Below are positions 21,018-34,619 of a stretch of 64,000 nt of DNA, piece after piece. The DNA is from Squalus acanthias. Taxonomy: Eukaryota. Within the stretch, counting starts at the first letter, position 1. Each line of letters begins with the position of its first letter. The translations under genes and the position numbers were made by a program. The notes under the pieces were generated by a model. It did no database searches and was not told the DNA's origin. It worked only from the letters and a program-made list of their open reading frames with translations. The stretch is from contig CM059432.1 in NCBI GenBank assembly GCA_030390025.1, positions 61,444,001 to 61,508,000 on the forward strand, written 5' to 3'.

Positions 21018-24000
21018 TAGCCTGTCATTTTAGAAAGCAGTGTCGAGATCTTAAAGGGGAACTTCCTTCTAAAATGAAAAAAAATCATTTAAAAATATGC
21101 AGTCTTAAGCCTTTAGAGCTCAACTGCCTTCTTAAAAAAGAACATTAAAAATAATTCCCAAATGACAGTCTTCAGTTCTTAAAGCTGAACTGCCTTCTGC
21201 ACATAAAAAAATGGTAAAAGTGATTCAGCACTAACACAAATGCCTCAACAAACCAGGGAAGGGGCACCCAGTGTTTCGCACGCAGCACTCCAGCTTTGTG
21301 CAGGGGGTCAACACTGCAAGAGGTGTCCTCTAGCCACAGGGGGCTAGGAGGCCCTCCAGAAAGAACGATGTGGGACCAGATCACCAAGGCCATCACTGCC
21401 AGCAGTGTCAGCCCCACGACCTGGCTCCAGTGCCCAAAGAAGTTTCATGACCTCAGACCAGTGGTCAAGGTCAGTGAATGTATCTTCAGAAGACAACTGC
21501 ACCATAGAAACATAGAAGATAGGAGCAGGAGTAGGCCATTTGGCCCCTCGAGCCTGCTCCGCCATTCGATGAGATCATGGCTGATCATCCAAACTCAGTA
21601 CCCTGTACCTGCCTTCTCCCCATATCCCTTGATACCTTTAGCTTTAAGAAATATATCTAACTCATTCTTGAATATATTTAATGACTTGGCCTCAACTACC
21701 TTCTGTGGTAGAGAATTCCACAGGTTCACCACTCTCTGGGTGAAGAAATTCTTCCTCATTTCTGTCTTAAATGGCTTACCCCTTATCCTTAGAATATGAC
21801 CCCTGGTTCTGGACTCTCCGACCATCGGGAACATTCTTCCTGCATCTAGTTTGTCCAGACCTGTCAGAATTTTATATGTTTCGATGAGATCACCTCTCAT
21901 TCTTCTGTACTCCAGCGAGTATAAGCCCAATCGACCCAATCTCTCCTCATATGTCATTCCTGCCATTCCAGGTATCAGCCTTGTGAATCTTCGCTGAACT
22001 CCTTCCATGGCAAGAACATCCTTCCTCAGATAAGGCGACCAAAACTGCACACAGTACTCAAGGTGTGGTCTCACCAAGGCCCTGTACAACTGCAGCAGGA
22101 CATCCCTGTTCCTATACTCAAACCCTTTCGCTATGAAGGCCAACATACCATTTGCCTTCTTCACCGCCTGCTGCACCTGCATGCTTACCTTCAGCGACTG
22201 GTGCACAAGGACACCCAGGTCTCGTTGCACTTCCCCTTCTCCCAATCTATTGCCATTCAGATAATAGTCTGCCTTTCTGTTTTTGACACCAAAGTGGATA
22301 ACCTCGCATTTATCCACGTGCTATTGCATCTGCCACGCTTCTGCCCACTCACCCAACCTGTCCAAATCATCCTGGAGTTTCTCGGTATCCTCCTCGCAGC
22401 ACACACTCCCACCCAGCTTTGTGTCATCTGCAAACTTGGAGATATTACATTTAGTTCCCTTATCTAGATCATTAATGTATATTGTGAATAGCTGGGGTCC
22501 AAGGACCGATCCCTGCGGTACCCCACTAGTCACTGCTTGCCACTCGGAAAAAGACCCATTAATTCCTACTCTCTGCTTTCTGTCCGCCAACCAGTTCTCT
22601 ATCCAAGTCAATACCTTGCCCCCAATCCCATGTGCCTTAACTTTACACGCTAATCTCTTATGTGGGACCTTATCAAAAGCCTTTTGAAAGTCCAAATACA
22701 CCACATCTACTGGTTCTCCCTTATCTATTTTCCCAGTTACATCCTCAAAAAATTCCAATAGATTAGTCAAGCACGATTTACCTTTTGTAAATCCATGTTG
22801 ACTTTGTCCGATCCTGTCACTGTTTTTCAAGTGCTCAGCTATTACATCTTTTATAATGGACTCTAGCATTTTCCCCACTACCGATGTCAGGCTTACCGGT
22901 CTGTAATTCTCCACTTTCTCTCTACCACCCTTTTTGAATAGTGGGGTAACATTAGCTACCCTCCAATCCATGGGTACAGTTCCAGATTCCATCGAATGTT
23001 GGAAGATGATCAGCAATGCATCTACTATTTCTAGGGCCACTTCCTTAAGTACCCTAGGATGTAGATTATCAGGCCCTGGGGATTTATCGGCCTTCAATCC
23101 CATCAATTTCCCCAACACCATTTCCCTGCAAATACTGATTTCTTTCAGTTCCTCCCTTTCATCAGACCCTATGTTCTCCAACATCTCTGGGAGGTTATTT
23201 GTGTCCTCCTTTGTGAAGACAGAACCAAAATATGCATTTAATTGGTCTGCCATTTCTTTGTTCCCCATTATAACTTCCCCCGCTTCTGACTGCAAGGGAC
23301 CTACACTTGATTTCACTAATCTTTTTCTCTTCACATAACTATAAAAGCTCTTAGTCAGTTTTTATGTACCCAGCAAGCTTACTTTCATATTCTATTTTCC
23401 CCTACTTAATGAATCCCTTTGTCCTCCTTTGTTGAATCCTAAACTGCTCCCAATCCTCAGGGTTACCGCTTTTTCTGGCCAATTTATATGCCCCCTCCTT
23501 GGATCTTATGCTATCCCTGATTTCCCTTGTTAGCCACAGTTGAGTCACACTTTTTGTTTTATTCTTATGCCACACTGGGATGAACAAATTCTGTAGTTCA
23601 TCCATGCAGTCTTTGAATGTTTGCCATTGCCTATTCACCGTCAACCCTTTGAGTGACATTCCCCAATCAATCCTACCCAATTCGCACCTCATTCCATCGT
23701 AGTTTCCTTTATTTAAATTCAAGACCCTAGTCTCTGATTCAACTACTTCACTCTCCATCCTAATGAAGAATTCTATCATATTATGATCACTCTGACCCAA
23801 GGGGCCTCGTACAACAAGATTGCTAATTAATCCTTTCTCGTTACATAATACCCAGTCTAAGATGGCCTGATCTCTGGTTGGTTCCTCGACATATTGTTCC
23901 AGAAAACCATCCCGTAAACATTCTAGGAATTCCTCCTCCACAGTATTTTTACTAATTTCGTTAGCCCAATCTATATGTAAATTAAAGTCACCCATGATGA

Positions 24001-27000
24001 CTGCTATGCCCTTACTGCATGCTTCTCTAATTTCCCTTTTAATGCCATCCCCAACCTCCGTATTACTGTTTGGAGGTCTATATACCACTCCCACTAACGT
24101 TTTCTGCCCCTTGTTATTTCTCAGTTCTACCCATACAGATTCTGCATCATCAGAGCTAATATCCTTCCTTTCAATTGTGTTAATCCCCTCTTTAACCAGC
24201 AATGCTACCCCACCTCCCTTTCTTTTTTGCCTATCTTTCCTAAATATTGAATAACCCTGGATGTTGAGTTCCCAGCCTTGGCCACCCTGGAGCCATGTTT
24301 CTGTAATCCCAATCAAATCGTATTCATTTACCTCTATTTGCGCAGCTAATTCATCCACCTTGTTCCGAATGCTCCTTGCATTAAGACACAAAGCCTTCAG
24401 GCTTGTTTTTTTAACGCTCTCAGACCTATATGAATTATTATTTACTGTGACCATGTTTGATTTAAACCGTTGAGTTCTTTGCCTTCTACTTTTGTTTTTC
24501 TCCTTCCTGTCTTTTGCTTTTATCCTTGTTTCCCTTTCCTCTGTCTCCCTGCTCAGGTTTCCACCCCCCTGCCACTTTAGTTTAAACGCTCCCCAACAGC
24601 ACTGGCAAACACTCCCCCTAGGACATCGGTCCCGGCCCAGCCCAGGTGCAGACCGTCCCGTTTGTACTGGTCCCACCTCCCCCAGAACCGGTTCCAATGT
24701 CCAAGGAATTTGAATCCCTCCCCCTTGCACCATTCCTCTAGCCACGTATTCATTTGAAATATCCTCCTATTTCTACTCTGACTAGCACGTGGCACTGGTA
24801 GCAATCCTGAGATTACTACCTTTGAGGTCCTATTTTTTAAATTTACCTCCTAACTCCCTATATTCTGCTTTTAGGACCTCATCCCGTTTTTTACCTATAT
24901 CGTTGATGCCTATGTGCACCACGACAACTGGCTGTTCGCCCTCCCCCTCCAAAATGTTCTGTAGCCGCTCCGAGACGTCCTTGACCCTTGCACCAGGGAG
25001 GCAACACACCATCCTGGAGTCTCGTTTGCGGCCGCAGAGACGCCTATCTATTCCCCTTACAATTGAATCCCCTATCACTATAGCTCTTCCACACTTTTTC
25101 CTCCCAGCCTGTGCAGCAGAGCCACCCATGGTGCCAGGAAGTTGGCTGCTGCTGCCTTCCCCTGATAAGTCATCCCCCCCAACAGCATCCAAAGTGGTAT
25201 ATCTGTTTGAGAGGGGGATGGCCACAGGGGACCCCTGCACTACCTGCCTGCACCTCTTACTCTGCCTGGTGGTCACCCATTCACTTCCTGCCTGTACACC
25301 CTTTACCTGCGGTGTGACCAACTCGCTAAACATGTTATCCACAACGTTCTCAGCGTCGCGAATGCTCCAATATGCATCCATCCGCAGCTCCAGCGCCGCA
25401 ATGCGGTCCATCAGTAGCTGCAGCTGGATACACTTCCCACACACATGGTCGTCAGGGACACAGGAAGCGTCCCTGATTTCCCACATATAGCAGGAGGAGC
25501 ATATCACGGGGTGGAGCTCTCCTGCCATGACTTACCCTTTAATTAATTAATTAAAATTAAATTAAATGAATCCCACCAATTTCACTTCAATTTAATGATA
25601 TACTCAAGGGCCCTTGTTTAACAGCAGTCCCCGCTACACCACAGAGACTCTAGAAACTATAAACCACAGAATTTAAGTATGGAAAAAAGAAGAGAGAAAT
25701 ACTCACCAACCAATCACTTACCTGCTTTCTGGTGATGTCACACTTCGATTACGTTTTACTCCTGTCTCCCGCTCGGAGATTGGTAAACCTACCTGCTCCT
25801 CGGGCTCGCTTTTATCCTCTGCCGCCGCCGCTCCTCCTAGGTCCGCACCGCCGCTGCTGTGGGCCTACCTGCTCCCAGGGCTTGCTTTTATCCTCTGCCG
25901 CCGCCGCCACCACTGGCCTCACACACTGCTCATTGCACGATCTGGCCTCATCACTCACCTACCAACAATCTGTACCAAACACAAGGCACACCTCACATTC
26001 CTAGCTTCACCTTGCCCCCTTAGAGGAGACGGTGCTGGCCATTCTTGGCAGGGGCATGGTTAAGCCCTTAGCCAGCGGCAGGGCTGAAAGAATACAAGAT
26101 GCTGGTATCCTCATACGTTATCCTCCTTCTCAGATCCCACTTCCCCCTCATCCCACAATCTCTTCTGATTTATAAGCTGCACATGGTGTAAGCATGCAGC
26201 TCTTGCTTTCCCACCCTCCCCTCACCACAACTCTACCCTTGTGCCTTCCTCATTTCAGACACCCAAGAAATCCAGCCTGCCCAGCCAGTGGTTGACCAAG
26301 AAGAGGAAGAGGAGAGTGAAGAAGAAACACCATCACTCGATTTGACACTCCCAGCCACCAGCTCCTCGAGGTCATCCTGCAAGGCCATCTGCAGTGTCCC
26401 CGCTGAAATTTAGCAGTCTTCCACCAGCTATGCTGCAGCCACTGGGGTAGCACTGCATGACATCAGTAGGATAGGCAAAGGCAAAGGCAGATGCAAGACA
26501 GTCACGAAGGGAACACACGAGAGTGATTAGTTGATTTCTTGATTTCATATTAGATGCATTTATGGATAAAGTTGGATTGGAATGTTTGCTTTGTGGCGGC
26601 TTTTATTTCAGCATTGTGGCCAAGAGAACACTGTGATGGTCAGTAACAGAGGGAAGGTAAGGTGTGGGACAAATGTTGAAAGGGGAATTGGGGTTGTGGT
26701 CAGTGGTACCGCAGGCAGATGATTCCATCCCGGATATCCCGGCCAGAAAGGGGCTGTCTGGGTTGCATCTGTCCTTCCACTTCCTCCTCTTCTGCTATCA
26801 AGCTGACTTATCACATCGTTAAAAGGGTACTTAAATTGAAATGGACACGACTTAACTTTCTGTGATGAGTTCAGTTCGTATCTAGGGCGCAAATACAGCA
26901 ACTTCACACCATTCAATCATTGCAATGGTGAGGTAGCCTGCGAAATGCTGTTTTCGTGATGGTATCGGCGGAGTGACGCATCTCAGACACTGACTTTTGG

Positions 27001-27114
27001 ATAGCTGTGTTTAACCGCACATCCACCCCTCGCCTGAAGTTGCTGTACCATTTGCGCATAAATAATGGCAAGTGGCATTAGCCTCAATGTTATTTTGACC
27101 TCAAATTCTGGCCC
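21018..27114 (+). mobile_element. Harbinger derivative with Myb/SANT-like remnant, split by a CR1
   Basis: Collinear with 59790-61100; MWDQITKAITASSVSPTTWLQCPKKFHDL; right terminus aaattctggccc. Confidence 0.75.
21503..25910 (-). mobile_element. Near full-length CR1 LINE
   Basis: catagaaa tail; ORF2 pieces 21595..22317, 22321..23334 and 23402..~24500 (one stop, frameshift near 23340-23400); ORF1 24830..25528 with CSSC/HVCGKC and GDSIVRG. The host element rejoins as ctgcac|cactggcc. Confidence 0.95.
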
Positions 27115-27607
27115 AATAAAGGATTATTAGAATTGAATCTTGCTTAGTGTTTTCTCAGGGAGGAGTCTGACACCCAGTTTTCAGGTTCTAATGTAAACTG
27201 GTCTGGTAACAAATCACATAACAATTAAAAGTTCCAATGTTAGTAAGTGCTTATATGATACATACTATAATAAAGATAATTTGATCAAATACAATTTGAA
27301 GGAATTAGTGCAAAGCCAAAATTATGTGAAAAGCTAAATCTGGGATGTACAGTATTGTGCAAAAAATTCAGTCTCTTCATTGTACATGGGCTGAAAATAC
27401 TGCCATCATGTGGTCACAATTAACAATTGAGTCAGATAGTTTTTCATATATTTTAATGATACAGATGTGGGAATACAATATAGGGAATAGTTTATTCCAG
27501 GAGTGAGTCAGGGAAACTTCAGAACTCATCAGTGTCAAAGTCAGAAACTTGGTATAAAGATAATTTTTGTTCTTTTTATACAGCATGTGATACAGTAAAA
27601 GTATATT

Positions 27608-28330
27608 GGCCCGGATTTTCCGGGGCCTATGACCATATCCATTGATGCGCATGCGCGAAAACCCGGACCATGCGATCTGTCAAGTTTCAGCTTGACAGAT
27701 CGTACCCATCCGCAGGAAATGGACATTCGCTGGTGCAGAGTTGGGCTATTTGCCCAACTACTGCACCAGCGAATGCCCACAAAACCCTTACGCCTGGTAA
27801 AAGCAGGCGTAAGGTATTCTTTTACCAGCGTAAAAGTTTAAATAAATAGTAAAATAAAATTTTTCAAATGATTTAACCATACAAAAACCTTTAAAATTAG
27901 TTTAGGTTATTTTTGGACCCTTGAAAAATGTTTACATTTATTTTTCAAAAAATTTAATTTTTATATTAACTGTTTAATTAAATTGTATTTTAATTAATTT
28001 TGACCATGTGATGATTTATTTTTATTTCCGTGTTGTGAAAGTGTTTTTTAGAGGATTCCTATTATGCTTATGGGGATTCCGTACGTAAATGGAATCCCCA
28101 TAAGCATAATGGGAAACCCCCTTTGTGATTGGTTGGGCCGGCCCACATGATCCCAGAGATCCTTGCGAACCGCATGCGCTCCTGGGATATGTGGGCCTTT
28201 ATGCAGGCATACGCCTGCATGCCCAGGAGCACAAGTCTTCAAAGGTCTGGAGGCACCAGGTAGGTGCAGAGTTTACTTGCGGTTCGGAAGCATTCGCCCG
28301 CGGGAAGCCTCCGACCGTAATTTGCAGTCC
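27608..28330. mobile_element. Non-autonomous PIF/Harbinger-type element
   Basis: ATT flanks on both sides, ggcccggatttt terminus, inverted relative to 61636-62164; internal perfect 20-bp inverted repeat. Confidence 0.72.
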
Positions 28331-28419
28331 ATTATTTTTCTTAGATTAAACACCGAATGTGATGGGTGAATTATGATATGCCAATTCTCATCTTCTCAGG
28401 TTATTAATGACAACCTCAT

Positions 28420-28645
28420 GAAAAACTTGCATTCATATAGCACCTTTTATGACCTCTGGATGTCCCAAAGCACTTCACAGACAATAAAGTTATTTTTTGA
28501 AGTGTTTTCACTGTTGTAATTTAGGGAAACATGGCAGCCAATTTGTGGATAGTAAGGTCCCACAAACAGCAATGAGATAAACAACCAGTTAATATGATGC
28601 TGGTTGAAGGATAACTATTGGCCAGGACACCAAGTAAACTCCCCA
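28420..28645 (-). mobile_element. Deu-domain SINE 3' fragment
   Basis: acttgcattcatatagcacc...cccacaaacagcaatgagata matches 4285-4500. Confidence 0.75.
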
Positions 28646-28979
28646 GCCAACATTCCAAAACATCAATTTCTTTAAAGTATCTTATTATCTTCTATATTGT
28701 GCTTGAACATACATCATAATAATAACACTACTACATTTCTGAATGTGTATAAAATTCAGTAATTCCACTACAGAAATCATCCATTAACATGTGAACAGCA
28801 CTTTAAAAAAAAATCAGAAATTAGGTGTTAAATGAAGTGAAAATGAGCATGACTGGTCATTTGTTAATGCATTTAACAAATTCATTTTTTGAAACTCAGT
28901 GATTCTGGCAATTTTTGTGTTTGGAAAAATTCTTTGGATAGATAAAAGGATCGAGTGGAAGACAAGGCTCGGGGGGAGG

Positions 28980-30382
28980 TGGGGCTGGCTAAATTGGATA
29001 GCCCCCGAAAACGGGCGCCGAGGTCACGATTAACCCACGCCCATTGATTGAAATGCAGACAGCATGCCAACTTCATGCTGCCTGCTCATTAACATGATTT
29101 CAGTGTCCAGCCAGCACTAACCATGCAGTTCATTGGTTGGACGCATCAGTAGGGGGCCAATATCGTAACTTGCTAGCACCAGTTAAACCTAGCCTGCACT
29201 GCTTAAAGCTAGCCTGGAACTCTTAAAGGGCAGGTGCATTGTGGCTGGAGCAGGTATTGGGAGTCATGCAGGAAGTGAATCTGACCTGGGGAACAGTGAG
29301 GAATGGCACAACATGGGAGAGAGCGAGCTCCAAGGTTTTCGGACACTGCACTGGAGGCCTTGGTGGAGGAGGTGGAAAGTAGGAGAGATGTCTTGTATCC
29401 GCAGGATGCCCTCAGGACACATGCTCAAAAGGCAGATAGCCATCGAGGTCAATGCCAGGGGTTAAGCGCCAAAGATTTGGATGCAGTGATGCAAGAAGTT
29501 CAATGGCCTCACGAGTGGTCAAGGTCAGTGAAATGCACCTTCAAACGCCAGATCCTACCAACTGCACCCCTAGCCTCAGCCACTGCTCAATTCACCACAC
29601 CCCCCATCACTCACCTACCAACAATCTCTATCAATCAGGACTCATACCTAACATTCATAGCTTCACCTCACCCTCACACACTTTGCACTGCTGCAAGCCT
29701 CACACCCACATCTCACAGCTTCCACACATTGCCAGCTAATCAACCGTAATAGCCACATCACACAAATAGATTGCACGTCACTCACTGACACACTTCCCTC
29801 TCTCTTGGAGGAGATGGTGGCGCACAACTGGAGGCAGCAGGAGCTAACCGGCGGGGGACAGGTGCGACTGCACATCCTAACCCCCGTTGAGTAGGCGGTG
29901 CTGGCCATTATTGGAATGGCCATTGCTGAGGTCGTGGCCAGCGGCAGGGCTGAATCCATCGAAGATGACAGTATCCTCATACCTAATCCTCCTCACATCC
30001 CACTTCCCCCTCATCCCATAATCTCTTCTGATTTACAAGCTGCAGATAGTGTAAGCATGCACCTCTTACATTCCCCCCACCCCTCATCACAACCTTATCC
30101 TTATGCCTTTCTCCTTTCAGATACCGAAGAACTGCAACCTGCTGAGGCAGTGGTGGAAGAGCAAGACGACAGAGATGAAGATGACACACCGTCACTCGGT
30201 GCATGCGGATTGACGTCATGATCTGCCTGCTCTGTATACTTCCGGCGGATGTTCACTGCGTGCAAGCTAACGCTTGCACCAATATGGCATCTGGTGCGAT
30301 ACGCTCCACAAGTGTGCGCGCACGCACTGCGGACACCATTTTGTAGCTCTAAGGACACTCATAGCGCAAAAAAAATCCCAGT
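28980..30382 (+). mobile_element. Harbinger derivative with intron-containing Myb/SANT-like ORF remnant
   Basis: MAQHGRERAPRFSDTALEALVEEVESRRDVLYP (Myb_DNA-bind_5/NAIF1-like); splice-like sites gtcaag|gtcagt and ctttcag|. Confidence 0.8.
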
Positions 30383-30546
30383 TTTGCACTCAGAGTCTTT
30401 CTTTAACAATTTGGACACATTTGAAAAGCTTTAGGCTCCAGAGCAATGCAGTAATTTAGAAGACAAGAGTGCAGTATAACAGAGCAGTGAGTTGGTAAAG
30501 AAAACAGCAGTGTGTAGAGGGAAGCACTGCCCAAAGAAACTTGCTA

Positions 30547-31013
30547 CAGGAAACTCTTTGGTATCCGGCACTGACGGGACCGGCGTGGTGCCGGTTGATC
30601 GAAAGTTCCGGATAACGGAGAGTTATATCTACCGAGGCTATTTTTAACATAAAAAAATCAAGAAATGTGCAGTATACAGTATTTGGTTACTCACCTACAG
30701 AATGTTGTGTTAAATGGATGGTGGAAGATGCTTGATTAAGTACAGTACTGCCAGTTGAGGGTAATCCATAACTCTTTAATTACTTAACAGTAAGAGACAC
30801 TCCCGGCAGCGCGGGAGAATCAGACTCCTGTTACTGCAGTGTTCGGACTTCCAGGAGAACTTTGGAGAACTACCCCCACTGACTAACTCGGCATTCGCGG
30901 GAGACTCGGACTCGGCAACATTGCCGGTTATTTGAGAGGAGTTTTCGGAGTATGATTTTTGCCGGTTAAGAGAATTCCGGATATTTAGGTGCCGGTTAAA
31001 CAAGAGTTTCCTG
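30547..31013. mobile_element. Tc1/mariner (Tigger/pogo-like) MITE
   Basis: ta|caggaaactctt...aagagtttcctg|ta: 12-bp perfect TIR with TA TSD; subterminal gccggtt/ttccggat repeats. Confidence 0.85.
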
Positions 31014-31579
31014 TATATGAGGACAGCAGCAGAACATGTGACCTTGGCAAAGAGAAGTTTATCAAGTACAAGATTTCTTTTATAACTTCTCATATTTTAA
31101 TAAAAACAATTATATTATTTCCTCGCTTCAACACTGTTCAAAGCAGAATATGTTGATTTCCAATTAGGGAATTTTAATGAAAATAAAAACAATCAGAGGT
31201 GAAAAACAAAAACACATTTGTGTTCTTTAAGTTGAGCCACATGGAAAGACAAATCATGAACCTTTTCATGAAAAAATAAAATCACAGGATTTAAAGATGA
31301 AGACATTTAAAACCAATTCCAATTTGGGTCAGTGATCGGGAAGAGAGTATATAATATTAATTGGAAAAAAACTCATAATTGAGGCAAAAACAGCAGCAAA
31401 GTCAGAACTATAAACTGTGTGCAATCTGTTTCTATGGTATTGGTACATTAGAAAATCTATCTATAATAAATTAGAAGTTTTGTGTATGGTGTGCAATTCT
31501 TATTCACATTAACCTTATTTTCTATGTCACGATTCTTAAGTCATGTTTTTTTGTCAAAATTTCTAATGGCAAAACCCTA

Positions 31580-31725
31580 GGGTAGGTTTTAACTTTCACC
31601 ACCGGTGGAAAACTGGCAGTAGCAGATCATCCGTCAGTTATACATCCCACTCGATTTTCTTCCATTGAAGCTGATCCGCTATCGTCACTTTTCCATCCGG
31701 CGGTCAAAGTTAAAATTTATTCCCC
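31580..31725. mobile_element. Palindromic MITE
   Basis: gggtaggttttaactttcaccaccggtggaaaa ... ttttccatccggcggtcaaagttaaaatttattccc form imperfect inverted arms. Confidence 0.65.
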
Positions 31726-31897
31726 CATGTTAATAATTGGCTGTCACAATGTAATTGCAAGGCCTCCCCAACATTAGGTGGCACTCTTGTGCCTCCCACT
31801 CATGTTTCCTTTCTCTTGTACCTCTGTTGCAACACAAGCTGTAAGTAGATAATTTTTTTTTAATATATTGAATAAATACTTTAATAAAGATTAAAGA

Positions 31898-32283
31898 AAG
31901 GTGATCTCGTTGAAACATTTAAGATTCTGAGGGGGATTGACAGGGTAGATGCTGACAGGTTGTTTCCCCTGGCTGGATATTCTAGAACTAGGTGGCACAG
32001 CCTCAGGATAAGGGGTCGGCCTTTTAAGACTGAGATGAGGAGGAATTTTTTCACTCGGAGGGTTGTGAATCATTGGAATTCTCTACCCTAAAGGGCTGTG
32101 GATGATGAATTGTTGAGTATATTCAAGGCTGAGATAGATAGATTTTTGGACATTAGGGGAATCAAGGGATAAGGGGATTGGGCGGGAAAGTGGAGTTGAG
32201 GTCGAAGATCAGCCATGATCTTATTGAATGGTGGAACAGGCTCGAGGGGTCATATGGACTACACCTGCTCCTATTTCTTATGT
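31898..32283 (+). mobile_element. CR1 3' fragment
   Basis: GDLVETFKILRGIDRVD...RRNFF.RVVN.WNSLP followed by the CR1 3' UTR; the only sizeable plus-strand tailed LINE in the window. Confidence 0.9.
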
Positions 32284-32386
32284 ATCTATTTGAAGCAGTG
32301 CAGTGAATTATCCCAGTGTCCTGAACAATGGTCTGCTCTTAACCAACACTACCAAAAGTAGATTAACAGGTCATTTATTTCATTTA

Positions 32387-32490
32387 TAAACAGAAAATGC
32401 TGGAAATACTCAGCACTGCAAGTCAGGCAGCATCTGTGGAGAGAGAAACAGAGTTAACCTTTCAGGTCAATAGACTTTCATCAGAACAGT
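32387..32490 (-). mobile_element. Penelope-type short repeat with hammerhead core
   Basis: Minus strand gtt-CTGATGA-aagtctattgacct-GAAA-ggttaact. Confidence 0.65.
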
Positions 32491-33400
32491 GATGCTATAC
32501 AACCTGTACTTTTGTTTTACAACTTTCCATGGCGGTTTGGTTCATAAAGGAAATACATATGTTTTACAATTAAGCAAAAAAAAGGTAACATTTATCAACG
32601 GCAACTTTCTGGTAAAATGCAAACAAGTCTGAATTTTGGCATTGCAAACATGAAACCTCTTTAGTTACTTAGTTTAGACACTTTTTCTTTCTGTGTTTGC
32701 CTAATTCCAGGTTACTGGATACGTCCCTCTGATTCACTTGTCTATTCTGTATTAAACTGATGAATGTTACAATGAAACTTTTCTTCCTGATTGTTGTGCT
32801 TATAAACCGATAAAATTGGTTCCAGCTGGCAGGTATTAGTATTTTGTTGCCAGTTATAATAAGTTTTATTATAAGTTAATGGGACAGAATTGTATGACTA
32901 AGTACTGTGGCTAATATCTCTCGTGAAATTTTTTGTAATATCTATGCACAAGTAGATCCTATTAAAGAGAAAAGCATTCCCCGCATCAAAATTAATTTGA
33001 GACAAGCAAGGGGAAGCATTTGATAGCCTGGAATTAGGCAAATTAAAAAATACAATACTGGAGAATTCTAGCAAAGAGACACTTCACTGTGGGTGCATTA
33101 AAGGGGAACTTTAAGTACAAGAAATGATGCATACTTAATCATACATTGGTCCTGTGCCATTATTTTACCTGTTGGTTTTTAGTTACTGATTCCACATAGA
33201 TCTATTTTACTGGAATTTGTGAAACATGATTACTAGGTCATCAATTACTTAGAAACACAGGCATTCTCACATTTTCCTGCTAATGGAGAAATTTCACTCC
33301 TCAGTGTGCGGTGATGCACCATTGCAGAATACATCCAATTGTTGGTATTCTAGTGCTTAATATAAATCTGTACTCCATGACATTGTAATTAAAAGAGCAT

Positions 33401-34619
33401 GGGGGTTAAATTGGTTAGCCCCCCGAAAACTGGCGCGGGGATTGTGAAGCGCGATTAACCTGCGCCCGTTGAGTGGAATGCAGGCAGCACGCCAACTTCT
33501 TGCTGCCTGCTCATTATAATGATGATTTGTGTGTGTGCACTTCCCGCGCTGTTCATTGGCTGCACGCATCAGCAGGGAGTCCAATATCCTGAATGGCTAA
33601 AGCAAGCCTGCACTATTTAAAGCTAGCCTGCACCTCTTAAAGGGGAGGTGCATTGTGGCTGCAACAGGTGCTGTGAGTCGTTCTACAAGTGAGTCTCACC
33701 TGGGAAATAGTGAAGAATGGCTGATCATGAGAGAAAGCGGGCACAAAGATTTACGGACACTGCACTGGAGATCTTGGTGAGGTGGAAAGGAGAGATGTCC
33801 TGTACTGCTGGGAGGGGAGGAGGTGCAGAGGCCCTCCAGCCACATGCTCAGAAGGCAGTGACAAGAGATAGTGGAGGAGGTCAATGCCAGGTGTATTGCT
33901 CCAAGAACATGGAAACAGTGCAGGAAGAAGTTTAATGATCTCACACGAGTGGTCAAGGTCAGTGAATGCATCTTCAAATGCCAGATCCTACCAACTGCAC
34001 CACTAGCCTCAGCCACTGCTCAATTCAGCACACCCCCATCACTCATCTACCAACAAGCTCTATCAATTAGAGCGCAACGCTAATATTCATATGCTTCACC
34101 TCACCCTCACACACTTAGCACTGTTGCAAGGCTTAAACCCACATCTCACAGCTTACACACACAGGCAACTATTCAACCATGACAGCTACATCACTCAAAC
34201 AGATTGCACAACACTCACTGAACACTTCCCCACCACATGCAGGAGAAGGTGGCACACAACCTGAGTCAGCAGGAACTAAACGGAGGGGGAGAGGCACCCC
34301 TACATGTTCTAACCCCCATGGAGGAGACGGTGCTGGCCATTATAGGAAGGGTCATTGCTGAGGCTGTGGCCACCGGCGTGGCTGAAGGCATTGAAGATTA
34401 AGGTATCCGTATAGCGTTGCACACTGATTGATGTCATGATCTGCCTGCTCTACATGCTGCTGGTGGGCATTAGGTTTGCGTGCGCTAACCCCTTTACCAA
34501 TATGGCATCCGGCGCACTTCGCTTCAGAATTGTGCGCGTGTGCCATAGATGACATTTGGAACCTTAAGAGGCCTCCTAGCGCCCAAAAAACAGGCATTAC
34601 CGAGCCCAATTTCGCCCCC
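33401..34619 (+). mobile_element. Harbinger derivative with Myb/SANT-like ORF remnant
   Basis: TIRs gggggttaaattgg / ccaatttcgccccc; MADHERKRAQRFTDTALEILV; PRTWKQCRKKFNDLTRVVK. Confidence 0.82.
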
